Part shown: in pieces, positions 38,839-49,500 of the stretch
Position numbering within the stretch: position 1 is the stretch's first letter
Layout: each line of letters begins with the position of its first letter
Origin: Nitrospirota bacterium
Lineage (GTDB): Bacteria > Nitrospirota > UBA9217
Length of the DNA stretch: 64,000 bases
Reading direction: 5' to 3'
Assembly (NCBI GenBank): GCA_963751455.1
Contig: CAVVUN010000015.1
Coordinates: 1,120,001 to 1,184,000, forward strand
Position numbers and translations under genes: made by a program
The notes under the pieces: model-generated
Seen by the model: the letters and a program-made list of their open reading frames with translations, nothing else
What the model was told of the DNA's origin: nothing
Database searches by the model: none

Positions 38839-38919
38839 GGTATTCCTCCTTATAATTTGGAAAAGTATAGCTGAATTCCAAGACGAGATAAAGCTTAAAA
38901 AGATATAATGCCACGAGGC

Positions 38920-39228
38920 ACACCCTGCACTTGCGCAATGCTCAGAATCATCGTTGTACCCTTTTGTTAATACCCGAACGGTGAATCAAGGACCTCATTA
39001 TCGTACCATCTCGCTGAGTAACGCTTAGCCCCTGTTGACATCGCACTGAGAAACCTGCGGCGGGACTCAGGACCGGAGAGCCTGCATTGTAATTGCCACG
39101 GATGACACTGATGACCACGGAATAAAGAAAAAGCACAACTACGGATGGTTCATCCGTGTAAATCCGCCTGCACCCAGCGTTTACGAGTGCACAGCGCGAG
39201 TGCAGGGTTGTGTCCATCAGCGGTTAAA
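38920..39228. repeat. Repeat cluster: long-repeat fragments plus nonamer element carrying a 42-bp-family insert (39167-39210)
   Basis: aatcaaggacctcat, tcgtaccatctcgct; ttgccacggatgacactgat...atccg[cctgcacccagcgtttacgagtgcacagcgcgagtgcagggttg]tgtccatcagcgg. Confidence 0.7.
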
Positions 39229-39243
39229 TACATTTATTCGAGT

Positions 39244-41643
39244 TTACCCGGGAAGCTCTTCCCAGAAATCCGAAACTTCCTTTAAAATGCCATCGGAAAC
39301 GCGTTCAGTCACAAGGGACTCGAACCAGTCCTTCGGCATGGATCGGGTATAGTCGGACTGAACAAAGCGCTTGTCCATGAGGATTATGAGGCCACGGTCC
39401 GTTTCCGAGCGGATGACCCTCCCTGCGGCCTGGACAGCTTTCGCCATTGCCGGGATCGTGTACGCGTATTCGAAGCCCTGGCCGTAGCGGCGTTCGTAGT
39501 ACTCGCGCATTTTTTCGCGTTCGAGATCGAAATTCGGAAGCGGAGGCCCGACAACAAAGACGCCGATTGCCATATCCCCGGGATAGTCCACGCCCTCCGA
39601 AAACATGCCGCCCTGCACTCCAAACAGGATGGTAGGGGTTCCCAGCCGCAATTGCTCCAGCACGGCCTCCACACGGGGCGCTTTCATATCGCGCTCCTGC
39701 TTCAGTACGATGAAACCCACGGACGGCTGGAACAGGCCGAGCACCCGCTCGAGGAACTCGAAGCTCGGGAAGAAGGCGAAATAATTTCCGCGGCGCAAAG
39801 CAATTATCCGTTGAATGACATCCGCTATCCTGGGATAATTGCGCTCGCGGTCCGGGTATCGGGTCGAGACCTGCGGAATGATCAGGAGTTTGCGGTTTTC
39901 CCTCGGAAAAGGACTTTGAAATTCGGCGGTCTTAACGGCATCGGGATCCAGTCCGCAGAGCCTGGCATAATAATCGAACGGCTTTATTGTGGCGGAAAAA
40001 GCGACCACCTGTGCGTATGCATCATAACAGTCCTTCAGCATGGCGGACGCGTCGCAGCAGGTGATCTTGACAATGCCGCCGGTGGGATGGGGATGAAAGG
40101 TCACGAAGAATTCCTGCCTGTCCGGGTTGGCCGCGTATGCGAGCGCTTCCGTGAACTCGGACCAGGAGAAGCAGAGCCGCATCACGACGTCGCGCGGCTG
40201 GATTTCCAGGTCCGAATCGAGATACCGGGAAAGGAAGGCGCGCAGTTTTACATCCTGCTCCAGGAACGGGTCCAGCGGAGGAGTGATGGCCGAGGGTCTT
40301 GAATCGTCTTCCGGCCTGCAGGAAACGATCGCCTCTCTGCAGCCGTCCAGAAGGTCTTCGGCCTCGTGTTGGAACGTTGAAGGCAGCGCCTTGATCTGGT
40401 CCCGCATTAACTCGAGGGTGATCGTGGACAGGGAGGGAGAGTAATAATCCATGGAGCGGGAAGGAAGGTTCTGTGCTTCGTCGATCACCAGGTTCGGTTT
40501 CCCGGCCTGGTCTATTCCCGTCATCGCAAGCCTCCCGAACGACGAGCGCGGGGCAAAAACATAATTGTAATCGCAGATAACGACGTCCGCTTCCTGGGCC
40601 GCATCAAGCTGCAGTTCGAAGGGGCAGACCTGGTACTGCTCGCCCAGGTCACGGAACAAGCGGGCCCTTAATTTCTTCTTCCCGGCGAGCAGGTCCAGGA
40701 TGCCGTGCTCGTGGAGCTTTGAGTAGTAATCGCTCGCGTATTCGCAGTAGTCCGGGTTGCAGAGGGGCTCGTTCTTAAAGCAGATCTTTCCTTTTGCGGT
40801 TATGGTGAGAGCTTTGATCTTCGAGCCCGTCTCCTGAAAGCGGATGACCGCGTCCTCGGCCACGGAATGCTGGCTGTTCTTGGGCGTTATATAGACAGTC
40901 TTCTGGCCGCGTGCCAAGGCCTCTTTCAGCACCGGATAGAGAACTCCTGCGGTTTTACCGAGTCCTGTCGGCGCCTGGATCAGCATGCGGCTGCCTTCGC
41001 GCATTCCCTGTTCTACAGTCTCGATCAGCTCGAACTGGCCGGGGCGCGGGTCCTCGAAGGGGAAGGTGAAGGCGGTGGCGAGCTTCCTGCGGCGGGCCGC
41101 GCGCTTCTCGGCCTTTTGCGACTCGAGGACGAGCTCATCGAGGCGCGCTCCAAGCCATTTCTCGTACAACGGAAGATCCAGGGCCAGTTCGAGATCCCGG
41201 GAATGCCTGGTGCGGCTGGAAACGAGATGAAAGAAAAGCGCCGGAAGGACCTTGTGCTCCAGCCAGGAGAAGTAGCCGTACGTCAGGAGCTGGAGGCAGT
41301 AAGGGTGGGCCATGGGATCGCCGGAGAGAGCGGAGGCGAGCATGCGGATATTGAAAGCGGTCTTGATTTCCTCTATCTTGGGAGGCTCGCGCCTGAAAAT
41401 GCCGTCCATCCGTCCGTCGATCCTGAACCTGTATCCCGAGCGCTCGAATTCCCGGCTGACCGGCACTTCCCGTTCGTACGACGGATCAGCCTTGGCCCTT
41501 TTGTTTTGAACGCGCATGTGGATCTCGCGGCCTTCCAGTGCCGCCTGTCCGTACCCTGAATGCGCCTCGATGCTCCCGGTCCGGGGAACCGGAAATGCGA
41601 AATCTCGGACGGGGAGGGTGATGAGTTTCATTTCAAGCGTCAT
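39244..41643 (-). CDS. DinG/XPD (Rad3)-family Fe-S helicase with N-terminal PD-(D/E)XK nuclease-like domain
   Basis: GRMDG..IEEIKT..QL..Y; RPGQ, QAPTGLGKT, C...C...C...CPFE, DYNY, IDEAQN, SAT, FFPS, SEGVD, QAAGRVIR. Confidence 0.9.
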   Translation of the reverse strand: MTLEMKLITLPVRDFAFPVPRTGSIEAHSGYGQAALEGREIHMRVQNKRAKADPSYEREVPVSREFERSGYRFRIDGRMDGIFRREPPKIEEIKTAFNIRMLASALSGDPMAHPYCLQLLTYGYFSWLEHKVLPALFFHLVSSRTRHSRDLELALDLPLYEKWLGARLDELVLESQKAEKRAARRRKLATAFTFPFEDPRPGQFELIETVEQGMREGSRMLIQAPTGLGKTAGVLYPVLKEALARGQKTVYITPKNSQHSVAEDAVIRFQETGSKIKALTITAKGKICFKNEPLCNPDYCEYASDYYSKLHEHGILDLLAGKKKLRARLFRDLGEQYQVCPFELQLDAAQEADVVICDYNYVFAPRSSFGRLAMTGIDQAGKPNLVIDEAQNLPSRSMDYYSPSLSTITLELMRDQIKALPSTFQHEAEDLLDGCREAIVSCRPEDDSRPSAITPPLDPFLEQDVKLRAFLSRYLDSDLEIQPRDVVMRLCFSWSEFTEALAYAANPDRQEFFVTFHPHPTGGIVKITCCDASAMLKDCYDAYAQVVAFSATIKPFDYYARLCGLDPDAVKTAEFQSPFPRENRKLLIIPQVSTRYPDRERNYPRIADVIQRIIALRRGNYFAFFPSFEFLERVLGLFQPSVGFIVLKQERDMKAPRVEAVLEQLRLGTPTILFGVQGGMFSEGVDYPGDMAIGVFVVGPPLPNFDLEREKMREYYERRYGQGFEYAYTIPAMAKAVQAAGRVIRSETDRGLIILMDKRFVQSDYTRSMPKDWFESLVTERVSDGILKEVSDFWEELPG

Positions 41644-41839
41644 GTGAGTATACTTCGCATCTTCGTGATAAGTGAGAACCCATTTTTTTATCCTTCATGC
41701 TAAGGCAATGCGGCATAAGTGTCAAGCGATCACGCATTCTGCGGGGGGCCGATCTCGCCCCTAAAATTTTATTGCATTTGCAGCATAATTTTATTATCCT
41801 CAGGAAAAGTGACGAATTGCTCGGAAAGAGGTTTTTTCC

Positions 41840-42724
41840 ATGAACGATGAAAAGAAAAATGCGGCAGCTGCTCCGGTCTGAAAGCCGTCAGGCGGCAAAG
41901 GTGATTGCCGCGTAGATATGGGGAACACTTTTTCCTCGTGCGCTCTTCCCCTCGGGCCAGGGACAACGGGCTTGGGCTTCGCTGCAGGTGCGGGCACGGA
42001 TAACGACATCCGCACCGCGATCAGGAAAAAATATTCAGAAGTCGCGGCTTCCGCTGCCGGAAAGTTCCAGTATCCTGTCGGCAGGGACGGCGCATACGGC
42101 CTCGCATATGATCCTGTTTTGATAGAGGCAGCCGGGCCGGAGTTTCTAGATTCATTTTGCGGTGTGGGAAATCCTTTTTCCCTCGCTGCAATCCAGCCAG
42201 GCGACAGGGTTCTGGATTTCGGATGCGGTGCTGGCTTCGATCTATTCGTTGCAGCCAAACTGGCAGGAAGCTCGGGCCGCGTTTGTGGAATAGATTTGAC
42301 TGAACAAATGACCAGGCGGGCAGAGGAGAACCTCTTTCGGCTGGGAATCAAGAACTTTGAGGTCAAAAAGGTCGATTCTGAAACCGTACCGTATGAAAAC
42401 AATACGTTTGACGTTGTGATATCGAATGGAGTTATAAACCTGTCCCCTGATAAGGCGGCAGCTTTCAAGGAGATAATCCGCGTTCTGAAGCCGGCCGGAA
42501 GATTTCAATTTGCGGATGTTGTACTCGAGAAAGAGCTGCCGGAAAATATCGCAGGAAGTCTCGAAGCATGGTCCCAGTGAATCGGCGGAACTGTCCCGGT
42601 CAGGGACCAGGTAAGGCTGCTGGAAGAAGCGGGATTCGAAAAACCGGAATTCAAGGGATATACGGGGTATTGGACGTCGGCTTATACTGTCGGAGCTTTA
42701 TTTAAAGCGAGGAAAAAGCTTTAG
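41840..42724 (+). CDS. ArsM-like SAM methyltransferase, probable selenoprotein with two Sec (UGA at 41879 and 42578)
   Basis: FCGVGNP, LDFGCGAGFD, VISNGVINL.PDK; frame continues through WSQ-UGA-IGG to ...ARKKL TAG; upstream ATG 41840 in frame; hairpins follow both UGAs. Confidence 0.82.
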
Positions 42725-42739
42725 CCACCAGAAGAACCA

Positions 42740-43500
42740 TTGCAAATTGCAAAGTGAAAATTAGTTGTTTTTAGTTTGCTTTTCCAGACACCCCTGCATC
42801 CCGTGAGCAACGTCCGCGCTTTACATGACCGGAAATCGCGTCGGTAAATCACAAAGCATGCATGCGCGTGCGAAGCTCAGCGCAATGGGATGCTGTGTCG
42901 ACCGGTAAAAAATAAAACTCTCTGGCATGTTTGCGCGGCGGTGTGAACGGCGGTGCAGAAAAAAGACAAGGGTCTCGAACTTCATGCCATGAAGTCCACG
43001 ATCCTTGGTTTTTTCGGGCAGCCTCGGTGCTCTGCTGTGCTTTGCATGCCCGATTCACTTTTAGGGGTACAGCATTTTGCGATTATTCCTGCAGCACTTT
43101 CCCTGCGGCCGTGCTGCCTTGAGCCCTGTAGTAATCGGTATTCGATGGCGGCATGCCCGACGCACAGCTATCGCGACCGAGCTGCCCCGGGGTTTGGGGT
43201 AACCTTTAAGCCAGAGCAGTTAAAGCAACCACTGGGTCAGTTTTTATTTTCTTTTGCCTTTCCAGAACCCCTGCATCCCGTGAGTAATGTCCGCGCATTA
43301 CATGACCGGGACTCGAGTCGGTAAATTACAAATCATGCCTGCGCGTGCGTAGCTCAGCGCGATGGGCTGTTGAAATGACACGTAAAACAGAAGACACTGT
43401 GTCATGTTTGCGCGGCGATGCGAACGGCGGTGCAGAAAAGAGACAAGGGTCTTGCACTTCCTGGCATGAAGTACACGATCCTTTGTTTTCTCGGCAGTGT
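42740..43500. repeat. Long modular dispersed repeat, two partial tandem copies (inverted relative to 54300-55260)
   Basis: tttccaga(c)acccctgcatcccgtgag...ttacatgaccgg...cggcggtgcagaaaa.gacaagggtct at ~42780 and ~43258; 43010-43220 is the reverse complement of ~54885-55097. Confidence 0.85.
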
Positions 43501-43589
43501 TATATCTCCTTAGCTGCGAAATCCTCTTCCCGTTTATTGCTAACAATGGTATAGTTGCGGCCAGGCGACAGCCAGTCGTCCGCTCGACC

Positions 43590-44348
43590 ATGGATTTCAT
43601 ATCAGCCAAAACCATATTAACTTTGTTTACGCCTCCGGCCTTCCTGATCATAGCCATAGGCGCCGGCTTTCTGATGTTATTGTTCTGCCGATTGTTCGGC
43701 AAGATCCTGATCGTTTCGGGTTTTCTCCTTCTGTACCTTTTGAGTTTAAGCCCGGTTGCCGAACTGCTGCTGAAGCCGCTCGAAACCAACGCGGCCGAAC
43801 GTCTGCGGAAAGATACCAGGGCGGACGCGATCGTCGTGCTGAGCGGAGGCGTAAAGGATCTTTCATGGCTCGAACTGCCTCCTGAACCTTCCAGCACTTC
43901 GCTCGAGAGGGTTGTGAAGGGCGTCACGGTGTACCGGGTCCTGCAGCTGCCCCTGGTCCTGGCCGGCGGGAACGCAGAGCCTGATGGAAAGGCCGGCCCT
44001 GAAGCTGACGCCATGGCCCGTGTGGCGCGGGACCTCGGTGTGCCCTCAAAGAACATAATCGCCGAGAACAAGTCCCGGAATACAATTGAGAGTGCGCGGG
44101 CACTCAAAGGCCTTCTAAAAGGACGCCGTATCGTCCTGATTACGTCCGCCTTTCATCTGAAACGGGCTACGGCCATGTTCCGGAAACAGGGCTTTACTGT
44201 AACGCCGATTTCAGCGTCCTATCTGTATCAACAGAGAAGTCTTTCCTTCAACTCATTCATTCCCGAAGCCTCCAGTCTCTCCGCTTCATCCACCGCGATT
44301 TCTGAATATATTAAACTGTTCTGGTATTCTGTTACCGGCGATATGTGA
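43590..44348 (+). CDS. YdcF/ElyC family (DUF218) membrane protein
   Basis: Two N-terminal TMs, AIVVLSGG, LAGG...EA..M, E..SRNT.E.A, LITSAFH.KRA. Confidence 0.9.
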   Translation: MDFISAKTILTLFTPPAFLIIAIGAGFLMLLFCRLFGKILIVSGFLLLYLLSLSPVAELLLKPLETNAAERLRKDTRADAIVVLSGGVKDLSWLELPPEPSSTSLERVVKGVTVYRVLQLPLVLAGGNAEPDGKAGPEADAMARVARDLGVPSKNIIAENKSRNTIESARALKGLLKGRRIVLITSAFHLKRATAMFRKQGFTVTPISASYLYQQRSLSFNSFIPEASSLSASSTAISEYIKLFWYSVTGDM

Positions 44349-44551
44349 TCTGCACTGATGTCGCTTCTTCGACTTCCCTCCCGACGCTGCAAACATCATC
44401 GTTATCACATAACCCCTGCTATACTTATTGTAGCAGGATAAACATTCGTGCCTTCGTGGCTGAATTTTGCTGTTGAATGCGCTGAATCACTTCGATTGAA
44501 TATCGGGATGTCTTCGCGGCATTATGGTTCCGTCTTTGAAAGGAGGCAACC

Positions 44552-45001
44552 ATGCTGAAAAAATTATTCCAAACACATGAGGATATAGCGTTGCTGGTGC
44601 TTCGGGTCATGCTCGGCGTTGTATTCTTCCCGCACGGGATGCAGAAGCTCCTGGGCTTGTTCGGCGGCTACGGGTTCTCCGCAACCATGGACTCTTTCAC
44701 CACGAAACTCGGTATTCCCGCGATCTTCGCTTTTCTTGCGATCATGGCAGAGTCGCTTGGTTCGCTTGGTCTTATTTCCGGTCTTTTGACGCGGGTGGCA
44801 GCCTTCGGCATCGCGGTTAACATGATCGTTGCCGTTTTCCTTCTCCACCTGCAGAATGGGTTCTTCATGAACTGGTACGGCACTCAAAAAGGAGAGGGAA
44901 TCGAATACCACCTCCTGGTGATTGCGATAACGGTCGTGCTCATGATCAGGGGAGGAGGCACGTGGTCAATAGACCAGGCGATCGCAAAAAACCTGAAATA
45001 A
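44552..45001 (+). CDS. DoxX family membrane protein
   Basis: LRVMLG.VFFPHG.QKL.G.FGG.G, GLLTR.AA, GIEYHLL, G.WSID. Confidence 0.92.
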   Translation: MLKKLFQTHEDIALLVLRVMLGVVFFPHGMQKLLGLFGGYGFSATMDSFTTKLGIPAIFAFLAIMAESLGSLGLISGLLTRVAAFGIAVNMIVAVFLLHLQNGFFMNWYGTQKGEGIEYHLLVIAITVVLMIRGGGTWSIDQAIAKNLK

Positions 45002-45016
45002 GAAATGCTTTGGCGC

Positions 45017-45046
45017 GAGGCGGGGTCTTCTCCCCGCCTTTTTTTT
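45017..45046 (+). terminator. Intrinsic terminator
   Basis: aggcgggg-tcttct-ccccgcct followed by T-run. Confidence 0.8.
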
Positions 45047-45158
45047 CAGATAAGCAGCACTTGATTACAACTTCTATTGACATGACCTGCGCCTCCCTAT
45101 ATTATATTATCCAGGTTAAATTATGTCGTTTGGTTGTACATATTTCATTAGGCATGTC

Positions 45159-47510
45159 ATGGTATTCTTAAAAAGAATTGTTCAGGTTTCCCTTATCGTT
45201 TCAATGATTTCATGCGCCACATACAAACATGATCCTCCCGATAATGCAGCCATGAACCCGTTGGCGCTCTCAGCAGGCATTCTCCCGGCAGACCCGGAGC
45301 AGGGGGTGAAAAACGCTGTGGATGCGTCCAAAGCGGGGGATTGGCAGGCTGCACTTATTCTTTCAAGGCAGGTCGCGGACCGGTTCCCCGATACCCTGTG
45401 GTATAAACGGTCTCTGTTCCTTATGGAGCGTGCGCTGATCCAACTTGACCGGTCTGCCGAGGCAGATGCCGCTATGCTCGCAGTCCAGGCAGAATATCCG
45501 GAAATGGCGGATTACGGGCTGTTCATCCTGGCCGAGTATCATTTTTTGAAGGAGCGATACAGCCAGGCGGCTGCGTTGTATGAAGAGCTTATCAGCCGTT
45601 ATCCGAAGAGCTCACTTGCTTCGCGCTCGGTGTTCCGGCGCGCCCAGGCCCTGACCGAGGCGTATGCGTACGCGCCGGCCGCCCAGTTATATGAACGGTT
45701 CCTTCGAGACTACCCGCGTTCGGAGCTCTGCGCCGACGCCTGTCTCGGTCTCGGGAGGGCGCTGACCGCGGAAGCCGACCTCGCTAATGCTGTCCGGGCC
45801 TACCGTGACGTGCTCGTAAAATATCCCGCCAGTGCCATGGAGCAGCGCGCTCAGTCCGCCTTACTGGAACTCCGGGCGGGCGGCGTCGAGGTTCCCGAAC
45901 TTAGCTCCAGCGAGCTCTACGAACGCGGGAAAAATCTTTTCCAGGCAGGCCTTTACGACAGGACCGTGGAAGCGTTCAGGAAACTGCTTGCGGCTGATGC
46001 CCGGTTTGCGAACAGGCCCGAGGTGATGCTGAAGACCGGCATCGCGCTCTTTAATCTCGGAAGGCGGCCCGAAGCCGCTGCGCTGCTCGAGAAGATGGTG
46101 AAGGAGCATCCGCGCGACCAGCGGGTAGCCGATGCGCTGTACTGGACCGGCAGGTCCTACAGCAAGCTCGGAGAGTCCGAAAAAGCGCTGGCCATCTTCC
46201 GCAAGATCCTGATCTCGTATTCAGGGAGCGAGTGGGCCGACGATGCCCTCTTTATTACCGCGAACATTTATCGGGACGCCAATGACATGAAGCAGGCGCT
46301 CTCATTGTTCGGGAAGCTGGCACAGGAGCATCCCGGCAGCAGGTATGCTGACAGCGCCGTGTGGTGGCAGGCCTGGTCCTATTACGGCGCGGGAGAATAC
46401 CAAAAGGCCGAACAGAAGCTCCAGGAGCTGGCCACTAAGTATCCGCGTTCGTTTCTCGTGAGCCAGGCGTTCTACTGGCAGGGAAGGGCCGCCGAAAAAA
46501 ACGGCTCCGTACAGCATGCCGTCGCACAATTTGCCAAACTTTTGAAACGAGCGCCGTATTCGTACTATGGCTACCGCGCCAGCGAGCGGTTGGCCGCAAT
46601 CGGCCCGCTGGCCGCCGCTAAAGCGGATTTTATGCCGGAAGCGCAAACGTCGTGCGAGGAAGGCGCGTGTGCCGGCGAAGCGCCGGTAGAAGCCGAAACG
46701 GACGACGGCCCGCCTGTCTGGACCGCGGAAGCCGTTAAGATCCTTTCCTCTGATCCTTCATTCGTCAAATCGCGCGAGCTCCTCTACCTGAACATGAAGA
46801 AAGAGGCTGCCGCGGAGCTCTGGCCGATCCAGGAAAGGCTGCCGAGACGGCGCGGCGCCATGCTCGGCCTGAGCAAGACTTTTTTCGAACTCGGGGACTA
46901 TTACCGTTCCCTGATGCTCGTTCTGAGGAACTATGAACGGTATCTTGACGGCGAAACAGAGAAGACGCCCGCGGATTTCTGGATGCTCGCGTATCCCCAA
47001 GGCTACTGGGACAGCATTCTTTCCTATTCCCGAAAGTACGGCCAGGACCCCTATTTCATCGCGGCCATCATCAGGCAAGAGAGCCAGTTCAGATCCGAAG
47101 CGGTCTCGCCCGCGGGAGCCCGCGGCCTTATGCAGGTGATGCCGGCGACAGGTGAATGGGTCGCTCGCAACATACGGCTGCGCGGTTTCGATGCGGGAAA
47201 GCTCTACGACTCGGACACGGGCATCAACATAGGCACCTGGTACATCGGCAGTCTTATGAAGCGGTTCAAGGGCGACCCGGTGCTGGTTGCTGCCGCCTAC
47301 AACGCGGGGCCGGAGGCGGTCTCCCGGTGGTCCATGAACGGCATGGACAGAGATGAGTTCGTTGAATCGATCCCGTTCCAGGAGACAAGGGGTTACGTTA
47401 AAAAAGTAATGCAAAACTATGCCGAGTACAAGAGGATCTACGGCAAAAACGTGGCGCCGATTGCGCCCCTTCCGGTAAAGAATGAAACTGCGATCGAATC
47501 GAAGATGTAG
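45159..47510 (+). CDS. Soluble lytic murein transglycosylase (Slt-like) with TPRs
   Basis: TPR array; AIIRQESQF, SPAGARGLMQVMPAT, AAYNAG, ETRGYVKKV. Confidence 0.92.
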   Translation: MVFLKRIVQVSLIVSMISCATYKHDPPDNAAMNPLALSAGILPADPEQGVKNAVDASKAGDWQAALILSRQVADRFPDTLWYKRSLFLMERALIQLDRSAEADAAMLAVQAEYPEMADYGLFILAEYHFLKERYSQAAALYEELISRYPKSSLASRSVFRRAQALTEAYAYAPAAQLYERFLRDYPRSELCADACLGLGRALTAEADLANAVRAYRDVLVKYPASAMEQRAQSALLELRAGGVEVPELSSSELYERGKNLFQAGLYDRTVEAFRKLLAADARFANRPEVMLKTGIALFNLGRRPEAAALLEKMVKEHPRDQRVADALYWTGRSYSKLGESEKALAIFRKILISYSGSEWADDALFITANIYRDANDMKQALSLFGKLAQEHPGSRYADSAVWWQAWSYYGAGEYQKAEQKLQELATKYPRSFLVSQAFYWQGRAAEKNGSVQHAVAQFAKLLKRAPYSYYGYRASERLAAIGPLAAAKADFMPEAQTSCEEGACAGEAPVEAETDDGPPVWTAEAVKILSSDPSFVKSRELLYLNMKKEAAAELWPIQERLPRRRGAMLGLSKTFFELGDYYRSLMLVLRNYERYLDGETEKTPADFWMLAYPQGYWDSILSYSRKYGQDPYFIAAIIRQESQFRSEAVSPAGARGLMQVMPATGEWVARNIRLRGFDAGKLYDSDTGINIGTWYIGSLMKRFKGDPVLVAAAYNAGPEAVSRWSMNGMDRDEFVESIPFQETRGYVKKVMQNYAEYKRIYGKNVAPIAPLPVKNETAIESKM

Positions 47511-47543
47511 AATATACTGTGTGCGGACGTTACAGGTTCCCTG

Positions 47544-47765
47544 GTGAAGGACATTAAAACCAAATTCGACGAAGTTGAAAAACGGGTCAAAGCCGTAGTG
47601 ACTGAAAACGCCTCGCTTCGGAAACAGGTCCGCGAGCTGGAAGCGGAACTTGCTAAGACCCGCCGGGAATCTCACGAGCTCCAGAATTTTCACGGAAAAA
47701 AACTGCACATCCGGGAAAAGATCGAGCGTATCCTGCAGTCACTTGAAACCGCAGAAAAGAAGTGA
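47544..47765 (+). CDS. Small coiled-coil protein (ZapB-like)
   Basis: All-helical heptad pattern, EN..LR..V.ELE...IREKIERIL..LE. Confidence 0.55.
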   Translation: MKDIKTKFDEVEKRVKAVVTENASLRKQVRELEAELAKTRRESHELQNFHGKKLHIREKIERILQSLETAEKK

Positions 47766-47801
47766 CCCTGTTTTTTAGCGCGGGCAAGGGACCAAACGCC
47801 T

Positions 47802-48701
47802 ATGGCATCCGAAACCCTTTTTTACAACAGTCTTCTGAACACCCTCTATGACGGCGTTTATTTCGTCGACAAGGACAGAAGAATTACGTATTGGAACAAA
47901 GGGGCCGAGGAGATCACCGGATATTCGGCGTCCGAGGTGGTCGGCAAGAAATGCTCGGAAGGCATCCTGATGCATACCGACCAGGAAGGCGATATCCTCT
48001 GCAACAGCTGCTGCCCGCTCAACGAGACCATTTGTAAAAACAACGGCCAGGAACGCGAGATGTTTCTCCAGCATAAGCAGGGCCACCGGGTGCCCGTGAA
48101 AGTGCGCGTGACGAGCGTCCTCGATGAGCACGGAGCAGTCGTTGGCGGACTGGAGGTATTCAGCGTCAGCGCGTACGGATCGGCCGCCGTGGAAAGGGTT
48201 GCAGAGCTCGAGAAAATGGCGTTCGTGGATCCTTTGACCGGCCTGCCCAACCGGCGTTTCTCCGAGATAGCCTTGAACGCGCGGCTCGAGGAGCTTCAGC
48301 GGTACGACTGGGGCTTCGGAGTTATTTTCATCGATATCGATCATTTCAAGATCGTCAACGACCAATACGGGCACGATATCGGAGACGAGGTCCTCAAAAT
48401 GGCGGCGAAGACGCTTCAGAACACGGTGCGGAGCTTCGACGTTGTCAGCCGCTGGGGGGGCGAGGAATACGTGGCCATTATCGTTCATGTGAGCAGTGAA
48501 GAGCTTGTTGCGACCGCGAACCGTTGCCGGGCCCTTGTCGAACGATCGAGACTCCCCGGCGCGCAGCCGGTCAGCGTAACCATTTCGGCCGGCGCGACCC
48601 TTGCGAAAGGGGATGACACTGTGCACTCCCTGATCAAGAGGGCCGACGAGCTGATGTATAAAAGCAAAATTGCGGGCAGGAACTGCGTTAGCGTAGGCTA
48701 A
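47802..48701 (+). CDS. PAS-GGDEF diguanylate cyclase
   Basis: DGVYFVD..R.ITYWNKGAE.ITGY; DPLTGLPNRR, DIDHFK.VNDQYGH, RWGGEEY. Confidence 0.92.
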   Translation: MASETLFYNSLLNTLYDGVYFVDKDRRITYWNKGAEEITGYSASEVVGKKCSEGILMHTDQEGDILCNSCCPLNETICKNNGQEREMFLQHKQGHRVPVKVRVTSVLDEHGAVVGGLEVFSVSAYGSAAVERVAELEKMAFVDPLTGLPNRRFSEIALNARLEELQRYDWGFGVIFIDIDHFKIVNDQYGHDIGDEVLKMAAKTLQNTVRSFDVVSRWGGEEYVAIIVHVSSEELVATANRCRALVERSRLPGAQPVSVTISAGATLAKGDDTVHSLIKRADELMYKSKIAGRNCVSVG

Positions 48702-48768
48702 GGCAAAGGTTTTAAACGCCATGCCCTATGCCCCATGCGCTATGCGCTGCAGCATTACAGGACCATCA

Positions 48769-49500
48769 TTGGACATTATCAGCGCGAACAACTTGATCAA
48801 GGACTTCAACGGCCTGCGCGCAGTCGACCGCATCGGTTTCCGGATTTCCCGGGGCGAGTGTTTCGGCTTCCTGGGCCCGAACGGTGCGGGTAAGACGACC
48901 GTCATGCGGATCATTTCCTGCTTCATGCCGCCCACGGAAGGTGAGGTCCGTGTATTCGGCAAGGACGTGATTCGCGAGCCGAGCGCTATCAAGGCGCGGA
49001 TCGGTGTAATGCCGCAGGACAACAACCTCGACCCGGACCTGTCCGTTACGGAAAATCTCGTTGTGTATGCCCGGTACTTTGATATCCGGAAGAAAGATTG
49101 CCTTCGCCTGGCCCGCGTGCTGCTCGAATTTGTCGAGCTCCAGGACAAGGCGACCGCGAAGATCGACCAGCTTTCCGGCGGAATGAAACACCGGCTCCTC
49201 CTCGCACGCTCCCTCGTGAACAACCCCGACATCCTGATCCTTGACGAACCCACAACGGGCCTTGACCCTCACAGCAGAAGGGCGGTCTGGGACAAGCTCA
49301 ATCATCTCAAATCGCAAAATACCACGCTTCTCCTTACAACGCACTATATGGACGAGGCGGAGCGGCTTTGCGACCGCGTGGCCATCATGGATTCTGGAAG
49401 AATCAAGGCAATCGATACCCCGCAGAACCTGATGAAGGAGCACGGGGGCAACCTCGAGGACGTGTATCTCAAGATGACCGGGAGGAGCCTTGCGGATTAA
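48769..49500 (+). CDS. ABC transporter ATP-binding protein (NodI-like)
   Basis: GPNGAGKTT, LSGGMK, ILDEPTTGLD, TTHYMDEAE; start placed after upstream heptamer repeat. Confidence 0.9.
   Translation: MDIISANNLIKDFNGLRAVDRIGFRISRGECFGFLGPNGAGKTTVMRIISCFMPPTEGEVRVFGKDVIREPSAIKARIGVMPQDNNLDPDLSVTENLVVYARYFDIRKKDCLRLARVLLEFVELQDKATAKIDQLSGGMKHRLLLARSLVNNPDILILDEPTTGLDPHSRRAVWDKLNHLKSQNTTLLLTTHYMDEAERLCDRVAIMDSGRIKAIDTPQNLMKEHGGNLEDVYLKMTGRSLAD

Noticed and set aside
39244-41643. Cas4/CasDinG of a type IV CRISPR system
   Set aside because: No array or other cas genes; nuclease-DinG/XPD fusions are common stand-alone repair proteins.
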